Part shown: piece by piece, positions 36,124-48,947 of the stretch
Layout of the letters: each line of letters begins with the position of its first letter
How positions within the stretch are numbered: the first letter of the stretch is position 1
Source of the DNA: Amphiscolops sp. MND2022
Taxonomy: Eukaryota
Assembly: GCA_964187785.1 (NCBI GenBank)
Contig: OZ076417.1
Location: forward strand, 20,522,001-20,586,000
Reading direction: 5' to 3'
DNA: 64,000 nucleotides
The notes under the pieces: model-generated
The model's input: the letters and a program-made list of their open reading frames with translations, nothing else
Databases searched by the model: none
What the model was told of the DNA's origin: nothing
Made by a program: the position numbers and the translations under genes

Positions 36124-38862
36124 GTGCTTTCCAGCCATTGGCCACAACAAATTTGAAGCCATGAAGTTACAGCGCTGCTATTGTGAACAATTTGGGAGAC
36201 TGAGTGCCTTCAGTAGTGCACTTTAACTAAACCTCCAAAAAAGATGCGTTTTTGTTTTGTATTGTACATTTTCTGTTCTGATTATTAAATGAATAAACTC
36301 CACAGTTTCGCACAGAGAACTATCCACAGTTTCTTACAGGGAAATATCTGGAACAAAAACGTTACTAAAAAAGTTTTTACGCTCAATTGAACCTTTAAAA
36401 CTTCAATCAAAATTTTCCACTCAAGTTGAGCTTTAGGGAATCAGGATATAAATATGAATAGTTCCATTTAAGTACACGGCAAAGGTGTAATTCATGTAAT
36501 ACTGGGTAAAGGTAAATTCAGAATTTTTGCGACGTTAGGTTAACAATAAGGTTTTCCAGCTCCTTCAGGTAAAAGTTTGCTACTGATAAGCGTAAAGTAA
36601 CATTTTTAAACACATTTAGTAGGCTTATTCAGAATTCAACGTCTTGCAGTTTGATGGAACATTGAATTGCATCATGTGCAACGAAGTATTCACTCGCAAT
36701 CTGTTGACATCTACATCGAACGGTATCCTTGAGAAGCTTTCACAGTAATATTCACTACTTCCATCAAAACGTCCTCTTCTAGCATGATCTTTTGCCGTCC
36801 ACGTCTAGGCTGGATTTGACCCGCTCCATTGAATCATCGTGATAAATTATTTGCCATCATCGCCTTGCAACGGAAGGACTCTAGTCCTGTTTATCGCTTC
36901 CGTTTTTTGGTAACCTTGTGCAAGCAATGAAAATCTGTGATCTTCAACCATATTCTCTGCAAGTATCTGAACGAGCCTTCAACGTGAGGCGGCTTGGAAT
37001 ATGGCTGATCCTATCTGCCTGTTCTGATTTTGAGTTATGCGAATCAGATATAGCGACACGACAATCTTTCCACGAAAGTTTACCCAGGCAGTCGCATTTG
37101 CATTTTAACATTAGCCTCTGACCGTCAAACTCGTGAACCGAATGTGTTTATTCGCTCTGATCTGCAAGCCAGCTGACATCCGATATTTGTCGACGACCTC
37201 GGCTCAGTCGCCTGAAGCTATCCGTACTTTTGTAGAGCCAATCGCGATGCAGATGGTTGAATTGGAACATCCGTTTCATCCAAGACTGGCCAACACTCCA
37301 ACACGAACTGACATTCACAATTGGATTTTGTAGTTTCATTGTGTCCATGATACTTCATTTTGTTTTCAAGTATCTTTTTCAACGATGAAATCGATGAGAT
37401 AAAGTTATGAAAATAAACACATGTTAAATAAAAGAACAAAACAGCAAAAAATCACACTCCTTTCATGTTTCTGGTCTGTTAATTCCACATTTACGCGCTG
37501 ACCATACTTTCCATTGGCGTGACAAGTGCTATCTTGCTCCACACCCACACCCCCAACCCGGCCTCAAACTGAGGAAAGGGACAAGTGAAGATCTTTCCGG
37601 TAAAGGTCAAACACCCGTACACCCATTCCGGTAAAGGGTTCATCCCGTACTTTTTATTTCCTTTTCCAAATTTCCGTATTAAGGAACTTGTGCCAAGAGT
37701 TTTTCGAGTAGCCAAGAGTCACAGTCACCTGCTGCCATTATCGATAAATAATAATCATGAACACCCTTGATTTTCGAGATTGTAGCTGTTGTTCCGATAT
37801 ACACTCCTTATAAATGCTTTGCTCATTAACTGTACATTATTCACTGACTCTTTATTAAATATATTTGCTGGAGTATTAAAGGAATTTGTTTGAAATCAGT
37901 ATTTGCCATTCAAAAGGAAGCAGTGAAAGAGGAAGAAGTGAATAATGTTTTTACTGAAGTATATTGGTTAAATATTCATCGCTTTTCGGCTTGTGAAGTT
38001 CTCTTCGAATAGGTTTCTCCTCTTGAAAAAACCTTTATCGCTTCTTCCTTCTGAATACCAAATAAACATTTAGTCAATCACGCACGTCGACACGTGGCGC
38101 ATTGTTGACCATCATGTTTCACTCGTTTCAATATTAGCTCCATCTTTGACACTGTAAATAACTAGCTTTCCTATCGCCCGGCTTTTGTGGAAAAAAATCC
38201 ACAACTCAATATTCACTAGCGTTTCTCTTCTGACTGGCGCTTTCCGGTCCTTCCATGTATCAGCTTTCTCAAGCAGGAAACACTTCTCGCATTTTTTCTT
38301 TTGAGGCTTCCTTTCTGTCCAACTTCTATGTCATTCAATTTTTTTTCTGGGGGTGTGAAGGCTTCACTTGGTCCATAACGGTAGACTGATCCTTCTCCGG
38401 TTTCACTCCGCCTTCTCATCATCACCACCTGAAATGTAGCAATCTACCTCCAACATTCCCTCGTCTCAGAAGCGAGGGGTGTCATGACTATGCCATGGAT
38501 ACTTCAGTTAATACAACAAAAGTTCGTTCAACTCACAGCTTAACCATATATACAGCCCAGCCAATCACGTGTGAACACGCTCGACGAGTTGGACAGAAGA
38601 CCGATAACATGCTGTACTGACTTTACTGTCATAACTAACATATATTTCTGCACGTAACTTTCGCGCTCTATACAAAAAAAAAACAATTTTATCAACAAAT
38701 TTTACTTTCTCGAAGTTAGAAAACTGAGTAAAAGGAGAACAGACCCCGACGAACATTCGAAAATTACAAAATCTCGATAAATTAACAAAACAAAAAACGC
38801 CGCTCGACTACATCTACTGTCACGAACGTACAAGGAAATACTGTAAACAGGATCCGATTTCG

Positions 38863-39330
38863 GTGAACACTTTCGAGGAATATATGTCCTTGTCATTGTC
38901 CCTCGAGCAGTTGAGGGAAAAGTTAAGAACCTGTTGCCGAACAAGTTCGCCAGTAATAGATTGCTGGACAAAGCATTCAACGAATTTCGTAGGTATATGT
39001 GCTTCTTCAATTTTCAACCGAAATCTGTCGAATGATTTTGAGACAGCTATGCTATCGTGTTTCACAATTATTGCGTACGACTAGTTTAAGCGAAATGAAA
39101 TTTCATGAAGGATTGAAATAACCCTTGCTTTTTGGGTCAAGGAAGAGTCTGCGCAGACACTGTGCTAACAAAAGCTTGCGATGCGATGTCTCCAATTGTC
39201 GCGGTTGTCAGATGCTCTCAACTCTTAAAAAGAAATCCCGGATCCGTTGTAGCGCTAACATGCATATACCTATATGGATATTAGCAAGAGCTGGTTTTTA
39301 GGACTGTTGCTTTCCATTTTCAAAAACTGA
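38863..39330 (+). pseudogene. Possible hAT transposase relic
   Basis: EQLREKLRTC...VIDCWTKHSTNFVGICAS resembles the hAT xDxWT first catalytic Asp region; a downstream SANM segment is present. Heavily decayed. Confidence 0.35.
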
Positions 39331-39746
39331 AACATGAAAGTGCTTGATGTTTTCGTACAAGCATCTTAATAGAGTTTACAAAAAAACAAAGTACCATCGA
39401 GACTTTCAACAATCCGAGCCAAACTGATGCAACTTTTCAAGGTAGTTTAATCATGAAAATGTAACATGAAATGCTCTGGCCTACAAAAAGACACAATACG
39501 GCGCAGTGTCAAGAACGATGTAAGATGGTGAACAGCAGATCTCATAACAGAACAGATCAAACGTACTCGATTGAATGACTACTTTACATTGAACCTTAAT
39601 CTTCTAAAACGTTAGTAATCATCTCCAATCAAAGTAATCTACTTCTCCTTCCTTCCAATTCTGGTCTTATCTTTCGGACACAGAAAGATCAACCAAGCTC
39701 CACACCTGGAACACCTGGATCCGAAATGCTTTCTACAATAACCACA

Positions 39747-40100
39747 CCCTGGTTGAGAAAAATGTGTTCCTTCCAAGGATCTCACAACAGCATTTCAAGA
39801 TCTTGTAAGATAATGTAACTTTCTTGGATTGCTTAAAACAATCTGTTAAGATCCTAGCTTAAAATGCATTCCTTGCAAGATCGTTGGGAGCAATGCAATT
39901 GAAGAAATCCTACAAGAATCTTGCGAGAAATGGATTTTCTTTCAAGACCTTGCAAGGAATGTGTTTCCTTGAAAGATCTTACAAAAATTACAGTTCCTTG
40001 TAATGTTCATGCAAGGAATACATCAACTATCCAGGAATTCGTTAAATGCGAGGACCTTGTAAGATCCTGGCAAAAGTTGCATATTCTTTGTGAACCAGTG
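39747..40100. mobile_element. Palindrome-rich MITE, copy 2
   Basis: Left end CCCTGGTTGAGAAAAATG, interior of CTTGCAAG/AAGATCTT motifs; right end degenerate. Confidence 0.6.
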
Positions 40101-40683
40101 TGTTCTTCCACTAAAACTGCCGGAAAAAATGGTGACAGCAAAGCCACGGGCACGTCTTTAGCAGTGGAATTTTCGAACCGAATGATTCTATAATTCGCAG
40201 GGGTATCAAGACTAGTTGAACCTTGGAAAAGCATTTCAGCAGTTTAACTTCTTAAACAAAATACTACAATTTGCAGCACTTGATCAAAATTCTTCGAGTC
40301 AAACTTTTTGCGATACATTTGAGCACTCAAACATCAAAAATTCATTAAATTCCACGGAAGCGAACTTTGCTTTTGAGCGTACGTAAAATAGGCGAAAATA
40401 AACTTCGCTGCCAATCTTGAAACAATCAAACCTATCATCCGTGAGATTTAACAAATTTTGTCGAAAACTCGCAATCTTCTGAAGCTATTAACCCCAATGG
40501 ACCTGGGCGTTTTTGCAAAAAATCGGATTAAAAATATTAAATAATTAATAGCTCCACAACTACGCGTACCAGAGAAACGAACTACAGGGCGTTTGAAAGG
40601 TCTGGTATTGGGCTTTCATTTTGATCAGGTGAGACCCTGTCACCGCGCGCCCCCTCCAGAATTTTAGTTCCTTTTTCGGTACC

Positions 40684-40734
40684 GCCGCTTCGTGGCAGTT
40701 CCGCACTTCGTGCGGCCCGCTGCGCGGGGCTTGT
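40684..40734 (+). mobile_element. Helitron/Helentron-like 3' terminus with three GC hairpins
   Basis: GCCGC-TTC-GTGGC, CCGCAC-TTC-GTGCGG and CCCGC-TGC-GCGGG, followed by CTTGT. Confidence 0.55.
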
Positions 40735-41643
40735 AGCAACAACAGAATATTATTTGAGCTTGTTGCGTAAGAACTTGTTGTGCAAATGTACGGGTTTGGT
40801 TTTTGCTATGGGTCACGATTTTTTGAGAAAACTGGATTAGACCAAAAACTGAAACTTAGAAAAAAAATTGTGCAAAAAAACTCATTTTTCTCAGTTTTGG
40901 AGACATATTTACTCTTCCTAATGCTTGTGCCGTTCAAATCAGTCTAGGTACCAATGAACTGTTGAACACAAACTGTGCTAGAGAATATGGGGTGCTGGCA
41001 AAAGGAATCAGAAACTGAAAAAATGATAGGCTGCTTTAAAGTACCACCAGGTTAATTATGGTTAATGACCTAATCTAGTCGATGATTAGTTTTCATTTGT
41101 TGAAAAACTTCTCTTTTCTGAACCAGCAATTCTACTGAGTAATGAACATATGATGCTTTGAAGTAGTATCAAGGATTGAGACTAGTTTTATTAACAAATG
41201 GATTTGAAATTGCATATTACTTCTGATTTCAATTTTCTTCAAAATTATATTCTCACATGAGCCTTTTTCCTTCCCGATTCCACGAAACAAATCCCTGGTT
41301 TACCAATAAAAATAAGGGTTCAAAATATGCCTTTTTGGATATGCAAAGAAAATAACTTTGATCATGCTTGTAAACTTCTTCAGCGTGTTCGATATTTGCC
41401 TTACCAAGTGATGATCATTTTCAAAGAAAAATTTCGAATTAAATATGGCATGTATTCCGTAGTTTTCATTGACAATCTCCAGAAACGTTGATTTTGGAAT
41501 ACTTTCATAATTTCTGAAAAATTACATGATTACTTTCCAAGGCTTGATTTTCCTAGACCCCGAAATGATAAACAGAATTGATCTTATCATGGAAAATTGT
41601 TTCGTTAGGTGGAAACAGGAAAAAGGTGAAAACTAATAGCTGG

Positions 41644-41873
41644 TCACTTTGAGCCAAAAAGGCCCCAAATGCCTCCTGAGGATGCCCCGTTGGGTTGTGA
41701 CGTCATTTCGGTGGCCACGTACTGTCGTTTGGACTCGTTTTTGAAATCAGAGTACGCGGCGTCTCTGTCTTTAAACAGTTTTTGGATCTCTTCCGTGTCG
41801 TTTTTTAACTTCTCACAAGCCTCGTCGTACGCCTTTTTGGCAGCCAAATACTCCGTTTGGAACCTCTGCATTT
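41644..41873 (-). CDS. ARG1-like DnaJ co-chaperone, exon 7 (coiled coil and stop)
   Basis: ctcgtag|AA ATG CAG, phase 1. Translates EMQRFQTEYLAAKKAYDEACEKLKNDTEEIQKLFKDRDAAY...GIWGLFGSK*. Confidence 0.92.
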
Positions 41874-42142
41874 CTACGAGAAAACAATCCACTGCAATGA
41901 ATCCGGAGAAATAAATCAGTTGAAAAGGAGCTGTTTTGAACAAAAATGTTGCTGTTTTATTAAAGCTGTTTTATTAAGGCTTTTAGCACCTCTCTCCTTG
42001 TTAGCTCCATTTGTAGACAATGGTATACGAGGACCCCAATTTTACGTCCCAGTCAAAACACCTGCCTTGATTGTCCTAATACTTTCAGCATTCGTACCTG
42101 GTCAACAAGCATCCCTGATATTAAGGAATAAGAAAAAGGAAC

Positions 42143-42283
42143 CTGTTTTCTTTTGGGACATTTTGGACTCTGTCTGCTGGATGCGCTGCACTGCCTCTGG
42201 AGCTGGTTGGCACTGGAGGAACTGGATCTGGAATTTGACGTCATTGAACCAATTGTCTCCGTAGACACAGAGAAGATGTTTGC
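42143..42283 (-). CDS. ARG1-like DnaJ, exon 6
   Basis: ggtag|GC...ACA G|gttcct, 141 nt. Translates GKHLLCVYGDNWFNDVKFQIQFL...ESKMSQKKT (the ARG1-type HxxxVYGDNxF motif). Confidence 0.92.
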
Positions 42284-43055
42284 CTACCAGAAAATGTCAC
42301 ATTCAAAAACATATGTGAATGTCGCCCATTTTCAAACATTTACATTAAATCAATATAGAGCTTATTGTTCTTTTCGCACAAGATTCAACGTGACAACCCA
42401 GGAATGTTGAGCTTAATGTCGTTAAAGCTTAAAGGTCAACAAGACAACATCGCAAAAGTCTGCGCTCAAAAAAACCAAACTTTTATATGAACAAGCCTCT
42501 TCTCATACTGCTGTTATTTGCAACAAATTCCGATTTTTGAGGGACGTTTACTTGCTGTTTTTGGTATAGCGCTCAAAAAAGATAGAAATGCGAGAATCAG
42601 ATAGAGGAATCAGGGCTGGAAAACTTACTGTAATTTACCGAACTAACATGTTGCTCGTGTCAGAAATGTGGTATTTCGATTGACAAACGACAATTACAAA
42701 TTGAAATGTCTTCATAGATAAGCCTCTTTTATCGGAAACTTTGTTCTCAGTATTGGTAACTTCGATGGAAAAATTACACTCTACAATTTTCCCGATTAAG
42801 ACGTGTCCCTCTGTAAAAGATTTCAAAAGTCGCGGGAAAATCCCGTGGGTCTTGAAGGAGAGTGAATAATGTAAACCCCATGAATGCCGCCAATCATCCA
42901 AGTTTTCTGATAAAGACGTTTCCGGCTCTCTGTCTAAAATAGTTCAGAAAAGAAGCCGACAAGCCCTGAGCTCTCCTTCAAGGCCCTCGGAGTGAAGACC
43001 CCTTAAGACCGACTTTCAGTGAATGAATGGAAACATGGATGCGGTCGCGGCTGAC

Positions 43056-43197
43056 CTGTTTCTAGTTTGATGTTGAGACTGGGTTCTAATCCGTCCAGCA
43101 AGTGGAACTGCAGCGGCACCTCCTCGTCGGCCATGAACTTGAGGGGGAAGAGGTCGGACACGTTGTACCTGTTCCAGGGCACGAAGTACATGTCAAT
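43056..43197 (-). CDS. ARG1-like DnaJ, exon 5
   Basis: cctag|ATT...ACA G|gtcagc, 142 nt. Translates IDMYFVPWNRYNVSDLFPLKFMADEEVPLQFHLLDGLEPSLNIKLET. Confidence 0.92.
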
Positions 43198-43448
43198 CTA
43201 GGCAACCAAACGATTAACCAACCAACTCTTTCCATTGAAGGCCAATAGTACACGTTATAGTTTTTAAACACGTTATATTGCATGATAAAATTTCAATGGC
43301 TTCCGAAGAGTAGGAAAATTCACGTTTTTCCGGCTAAAATGTTCGTTATTTTCAATTTTAGGATGAATAAAAATGGCACTTCAGTGGTCATCTATCGGTA
43401 TAAATATTGAGTCAGTCATGTTTTTGCTATCATATTGAATTAGATTTC

Positions 43449-43937
43449 AACAAGACGGGAACGTCTAAAGTCGGCGCTATATCTAAGGCTCAAAAAACGC
43501 AAAAGACTTTTTTTGAAAAAAAACTTGCAATTTTTGAATTTTTTTCGTTCAGAAAATGTCGCATAGTGCCGAAAAATGTAAAAGGGGTGACCCTTTGGGC
43601 TTTATTAACATATATTCTGTTGCAAAATGTCAAAAAACTCGAAAGGGGAACTCTTTTGAGACATTAAAAAATTTTCGAAAAAAGTCGCACAATGCCGAAA
43701 AAATCGAAAGGGGGGACCCTTTAGTCTCGTTCGGTTTTGTAGGTTACGTTAAAATAGTAAAAAATGAAAGGGGGACTCTTTCGCACTAATTTCCGCTGAC
43801 CGGACTTGGCCTTATGGTAGTAGTTTTAGTAGTTTCGATTGTAAGAAAAGTGGCCCAATCAGAGTAAGATTGTAGTCTGACGAAAAAAAACTAGCCACTG
43901 TAAGAGTCGGGCACTTTTCCCTAGAAAAGCGCCGACT
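43449..43937 (-). mobile_element. Helentron/DINE-1-like element, family 1
   Basis: AACA-AGACG-GGAA-CGTCT hairpin plus AGTCGGCGCT. The far end is AGTCGGGCACTTTTC-CCTA-GAAAAGCGCCGACT, so AGTCGGCGCT/AGCGCCGACT form inverted subterminal repeats. Confidence 0.8.
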
Positions 43938-46494
43938 AAAAACAACACTATAAAAACAAGCCGGGACCGGCCCAAGTCGGCGCCCAGCTCAAGTTTCAAA
44001 AAATCAAGGTTCAAGTATGCAAAGGACATTATGAAAGCTTAAACTGGCCTAAAAGTTAACATAATTCGTTTTGAAAATGTATGAAGAAAACAACCTAAAA
44101 TAATCATATAACTAATTAGTATCCATTAGCCAAAAATAGTTTAGCTTGAAATTGCGAAGGTTTCAAAAGGCAAGGTTGACATTGTGAACGGTTGAATAGA
44201 CAAATGTTGAAAATGCATAAGATGAAATGTCCTGACACCTTCGTTTCATTGTTTGTCTCGTTAAAAGTTTCATACAGCCATTCAGTTGAACTAAAATTTC
44301 CTTAATTGAAGCTTCAGTAAAAAGCAGTGTACAAGTAGGTTAGTAAAAATTTTAAAAAAGGTTAAAATTAAAACGTTCGAAAATTAAAAGGAAAAATCAA
44401 TCATCTAAATTGGTAAAATGGCAGACACTCGCATGGTTTATCATGGTTATTGGAAGTTCATGAGAAGTTCAATAGAGTGCACTTTACGAAAAAGGTCAAA
44501 AAACATCAAAAGTGAGTTTGTTTTCGTTTCAAGTACAAATAGAAGTTTAATTGTTCAAGGAAATTTTAAAACAATGAGTTACAATTTTATACAAAGCCAA
44601 TAATCATATGAAATTCCATATTTATAGTTGGAATTGAGTTGAGCTTCATCATTTTAGTTTTCTAACCTATCGCTTATCAGTACTTTCATTAGGTGCATTT
44701 GATTTCTCTTTATCATTTTTCTACGTCTTTCTAGCTGTAAGTTTCAATTTTTTCTGAACTCACTAACGCAGCGAGGTTTTTACAAGCCCAGGAAGCCTGA
44801 AAGTCTTGCTAGCAATAATTTTCGTCTTCTTCGAGGATTTCTGACAAAAGACTTCAATGTTTCAACGTAATAGATTTTCCAAAACGTTTGGCAGTTGAAT
44901 ATTTGGACATAATTTCGCAGTTTTCTACATATTTCCTTCTCCGGTAAAGTTCTGGGGTTTTGTTTTTAATACAGACACCACTTCTTGACTGTTCTCTATT
45001 CCGATGTGTTTTTGATCAAAAAAATATTTTTTCCAAGAAAGCGCTCTTGGAACAACCAAATTTTTTCATCAAAATGTATCCTACAAAACCAACACATTGA
45101 TCGAAAAGGTTTTCAAACAGTAGAACGTCCCAAGTCTGCGCCCCGTTCAAGGCTCACAAAAGACAATGTCAAAATTGCTCAGAATGGCTTTAAATCAATT
45201 TACATAAAGTTGACATCCGAAAAAAAATTGAAGGGACACAGTGGCCACGATATCATCAAAAAAATCATCAAAAAAAAACAAAATTCCCGAAAAAATTCAC
45301 AAAGTACCAAAAACTCAAAGATGGGACAGTGCCAAAAACGTATTGTCTGAAGTTAAAACAGGGGAACAGAAAGGAGACCTTTTGGTGAAAGATAAATTTT
45401 CAGAGAAATAATTAAATAATTTTCAGAGCTTAATTACCACTCGCTCGTTCCATCGCACGAGAAACGAATTGTACGCTTATCCTTACTGCTGAACAAAATA
45501 TCCGAATTTTTCAGTTGGCACTCGTTATCACGACAAAAATTGAACTGAAAAAAAGTTCAATAAGTCAGATTTCAATATTCCTGCTATGACTGTTTTTTGA
45601 CCTTTTTTGGGCTAGCTTTGGCTATATTTCTCAGATTCCAGTCATACGATTTTGATGTCATTGCGCACGCAGGGACACCTTTGGGTGTAGAATGACTGTG
45701 CAGAATTTTATGAAAATCGTATGGACAGTTTTTGAGAAATTTGAAATTTTCATTGAAAGGTCGGGAGAAAAAAACAAAAACGATACGATTACATAAGTAG
45801 TCGAAATTTTTTCCGACTCCTAAAATTGTTGACGATAAAAAGAATTATAATTCAGATCTTTAAACTTTCGGGTGACTTTCACAGCCGTTTTTCCTGAAAA
45901 TCAAGTCTTGAAACTCAAGTTTCAGATGAGCAATATTCTACCCAAGATAAGATGTGCATTTATCATCGCTGGTCTAGCTGCATCGCTAACACATTGGTCG
46001 AAAATGTTTTCAAAGACGAGGACGTCCCAAGTGGTCACTGACTGAAATCATCAAAAAAAAACATTTAAAAAACAAAATTCCCGGAAAGTCAAACAGTGCC
46101 AAAAAATCAAAGATGGGAACCTTTAGGCTCGTAAAACTTTTCTGAAGTTAAAACAGGGGGAACAGATGGAAGACCATTTGGTGAAAAATGAAATTTTCAG
46201 AAAAGACTCACAGTGCCGAAATATTTCAAGGGGAGACCCTTTGCTACTTTATAGCTTTGTATAAGCCTACATAGATTTTACACATACTTCATAAAGACTT
46301 GAAATCATTGACGACATCGAACTAATGGAACAAAAAAAAAGATTTCAGTGAGAAGTCTGACAAAAGAGGACAACAAATTGCCTCTGTAGAAGTCGGGCTT
46401 TTTTGTTAAAAAGCGATGACCCAAAAGAATACATCAATTCAAACTCCAAAAAGATTTCCTCCGCTCTTCAAATTTTTTTCTAGAAATCCAAATA

Positions 46495-46497
<3 letters not shown>

Positions 46498-46533
<36 letters not shown>

Positions 46534-47700
46534 TAAATTCTCATTGAGAGAATCCAAAATAGTCAACAAACACTCCTACTATATTTATATGAATAGCATG
46601 CACAGCAAATATAATGTGAGCAAACAACATCAAGGTTGAAATTTTTCATCATCAAGTATTGTTTCACAACACGTATATTTTCCGGATCAAACCCAGTAAT
46701 TATCTTATGGCGATATAAAAAGTTTGCTATTTCAGCCGCTCTGGAGAAGAATGATTTCTGATGAGCCACTGAGGAATATTTGCAGGTGAATAGGCTAGTA
46801 GCTTGACATCTGAAATCACGATCATACACACGAAAGTCAATATGAGCAGCAAAGTCATACAAATATTGTTGGCAGATCATTTTGGAAATCATCGAAAAGG
46901 TAAGTAGCTCAATTCGATAACAGAGAGGGAGAAATTTGTACTTTTTCAATTGTTGTTCATATCTTTCTTTGGTGCCTAAAATCCAACGGAAACAGGATTT
47001 TTGGAACAATTCTAATTCTTTCATTCGCGTTATATCTGGATGCCAAGCAGGGATTCCGTACAGAAGAATTGATAAAACAAATGAAGAATACAAGTTCAAC
47101 TTGGTTTTAGAGGGAGTGTTGAAAGGAATACGATACTTTAGTGAATAGAATGCTTTGCGTGCTTTAGCAAGTTGAATCTCTTATATGATTGGGCCATTTC
47201 AAGTCACTAGCTATAAAAATACCCAGGTCTTTATGCAGTTGCACATTTTCCAACGGCTGTGGCGAGATTAAGTAAACCACCGGTTTGCCAGCGAGAGGTA
47301 AACATTTGGTTTTGATTTGATTTGCTATCATGCCATTCATAATATTCCAATTTGAAAGCCTTGCCAGATCATCATGAAAATTAAGTGAATTAAATAATAA
47401 TTTCAAATCATCGGCAAACAACAACGGAATTGAATCCAGAAAAATAGAAGGCAAGTCGTTGATAAAAAGGAGAAAGAGCAAAGGTCCGAGAACTGATCCC
47501 TGGGGAACTCCGCTAACAACGGTGATGGATTTAGATACATCATTGTAAATTTTGACAGATTGAGTTCTGCCATCTAGGTAACTCGACAAAAGTGCAACGA
47601 AACTTAAATCCAAACCAAATTTGCGTAGCTTACTCAAGAGGATATTATGGGGAACTTTGTCGAAAGCCTTTTCGTAGTCAAGATACACTGTATAAGTTAC
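46498..47700 (-). mobile_element. 5'-truncated CR1/L2-group LINE with a (TC)n tail
   Basis: RT motifs YLDYEKAFDKVPH, GVPQGSVLGPLLF and LFADDLK, plus C-terminal LYSSFVLSILLYGIPAW. Ends in (GA)n on the + strand at 46498-46527. Confidence 0.9.
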
Positions 47701-48479
47701 TGCGAAAGTACAATGATTTTTGCCATTGCGTTTTTTTCGACATTTCATTGATTGATATAAATATTAGGTAAATAAATATTTGATCAACTATTTTAGTTCT
47801 TGATCAAGGGATAGAAACATCAGGTTACGCCGTTGATTTAAAAAAAATTGAGGGAGTAGTTCAAAAACACTGTCAAATTTGTAGAAAAACTCAAGTTCAA
47901 CAGTTTATCAGCTGTTCAAATGAATTGATGCACTTACAAGAAGCCAAAAGAAACAATAAAGGTTTACGCATTATTCAAAGACTATATAAAAGTTTTTTTC
48001 AAATCGAAGAGTAATTGAGAAAATCGAAAAAGTCCAAAATTGACAGTTTTTTTGGTAATTCTTGAGCTACTCACATCCCAGTCATACGATTTTAGTCATG
48101 CCATTGCACAAGCAGGAGCACCTTTGGGTGTAGAATGACTGTGCAAACTTTTATGAAAATTGTATGGACAGTTTTTGAGAAATTTGAAATTTTCATTGAA
48201 ATGTGGGGAGAAAAGTTTTCCGACTCCTAAAAACGAAGTTTGTAAGCAAACAGCGCTCGGCGCATGGTTTGCAAAGTATGAGCAACAGAAACGGTCAGAA
48301 TTGATACTGTTCTTCAAACAGTTTGACTGAGTTTGACTGAACATAAAAAACGATTATCTAGAAGAATCAAGACATAAGCATAACAGAAGCAGCTTCTTAA
48401 GTATGATTTAGTGTTAGTGCCGGTTTAGGGCCAACTTATAAAACTTATAAAATCTGTCAGTTCGTTGGTCTTGAAAAAA

Positions 48480-48947
48480 AACAAGCCGGGAACGACATAT
48501 TCGTCGCCATAACTAAGGCTCAAAAATAGCACAAGGACTTCAAAGTGTCCAGTATTCTCTTCTACAGTACCCGAAAAAACCCAAAAAATTGGACCAAACT
48601 GGCGCGCCGGGTACCCGTTAGCCTGGGCCTCAGGCGCGCTGAAATGAGGGGCCCTTTGGGCTTTTTCAAAATCCATTCTGTTGCAAAATATGAAAAATTG
48701 AAGGGGACCGTTTGGGGATATTTTTTGAAAGAAAGTCTCACAATGCTCAAAAACTGAACACCTTTTAGTCTCGCCCGGTATCGTATGTTACGGTGGAAAA
48801 AAGAACCACTTTTAAAGTTCAGTTCCCTGGATGGGTCAATTTCGCCCCTTAGAATTTCGAAGGACTTTGTACAACTATTTTGGTCAGTTCATGTGTATTG
48901 AAAAAAGTCACTATAATAGTCGCGACTCACTTCATGAAGCGCCGACT
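48480..48947 (-). mobile_element. Helentron/DINE-1-like element, family 1 variant
   Basis: AACAAGCCGGGAACG... start; ends AGTCGCGACTCACTTCATGAAGCGCCGACTAAAAA. Confidence 0.7.

Noticed and set aside
37491-37715. ORF resembling a Merlin/IS1595 transposase segment (KFGKGNKKYG...EWVYG...TGKIF)
   Set aside because: The preceding DES motif and downstream SD motif are missing, and the segment contains internal direct repeats (TTTACCGGAA); likely chance.
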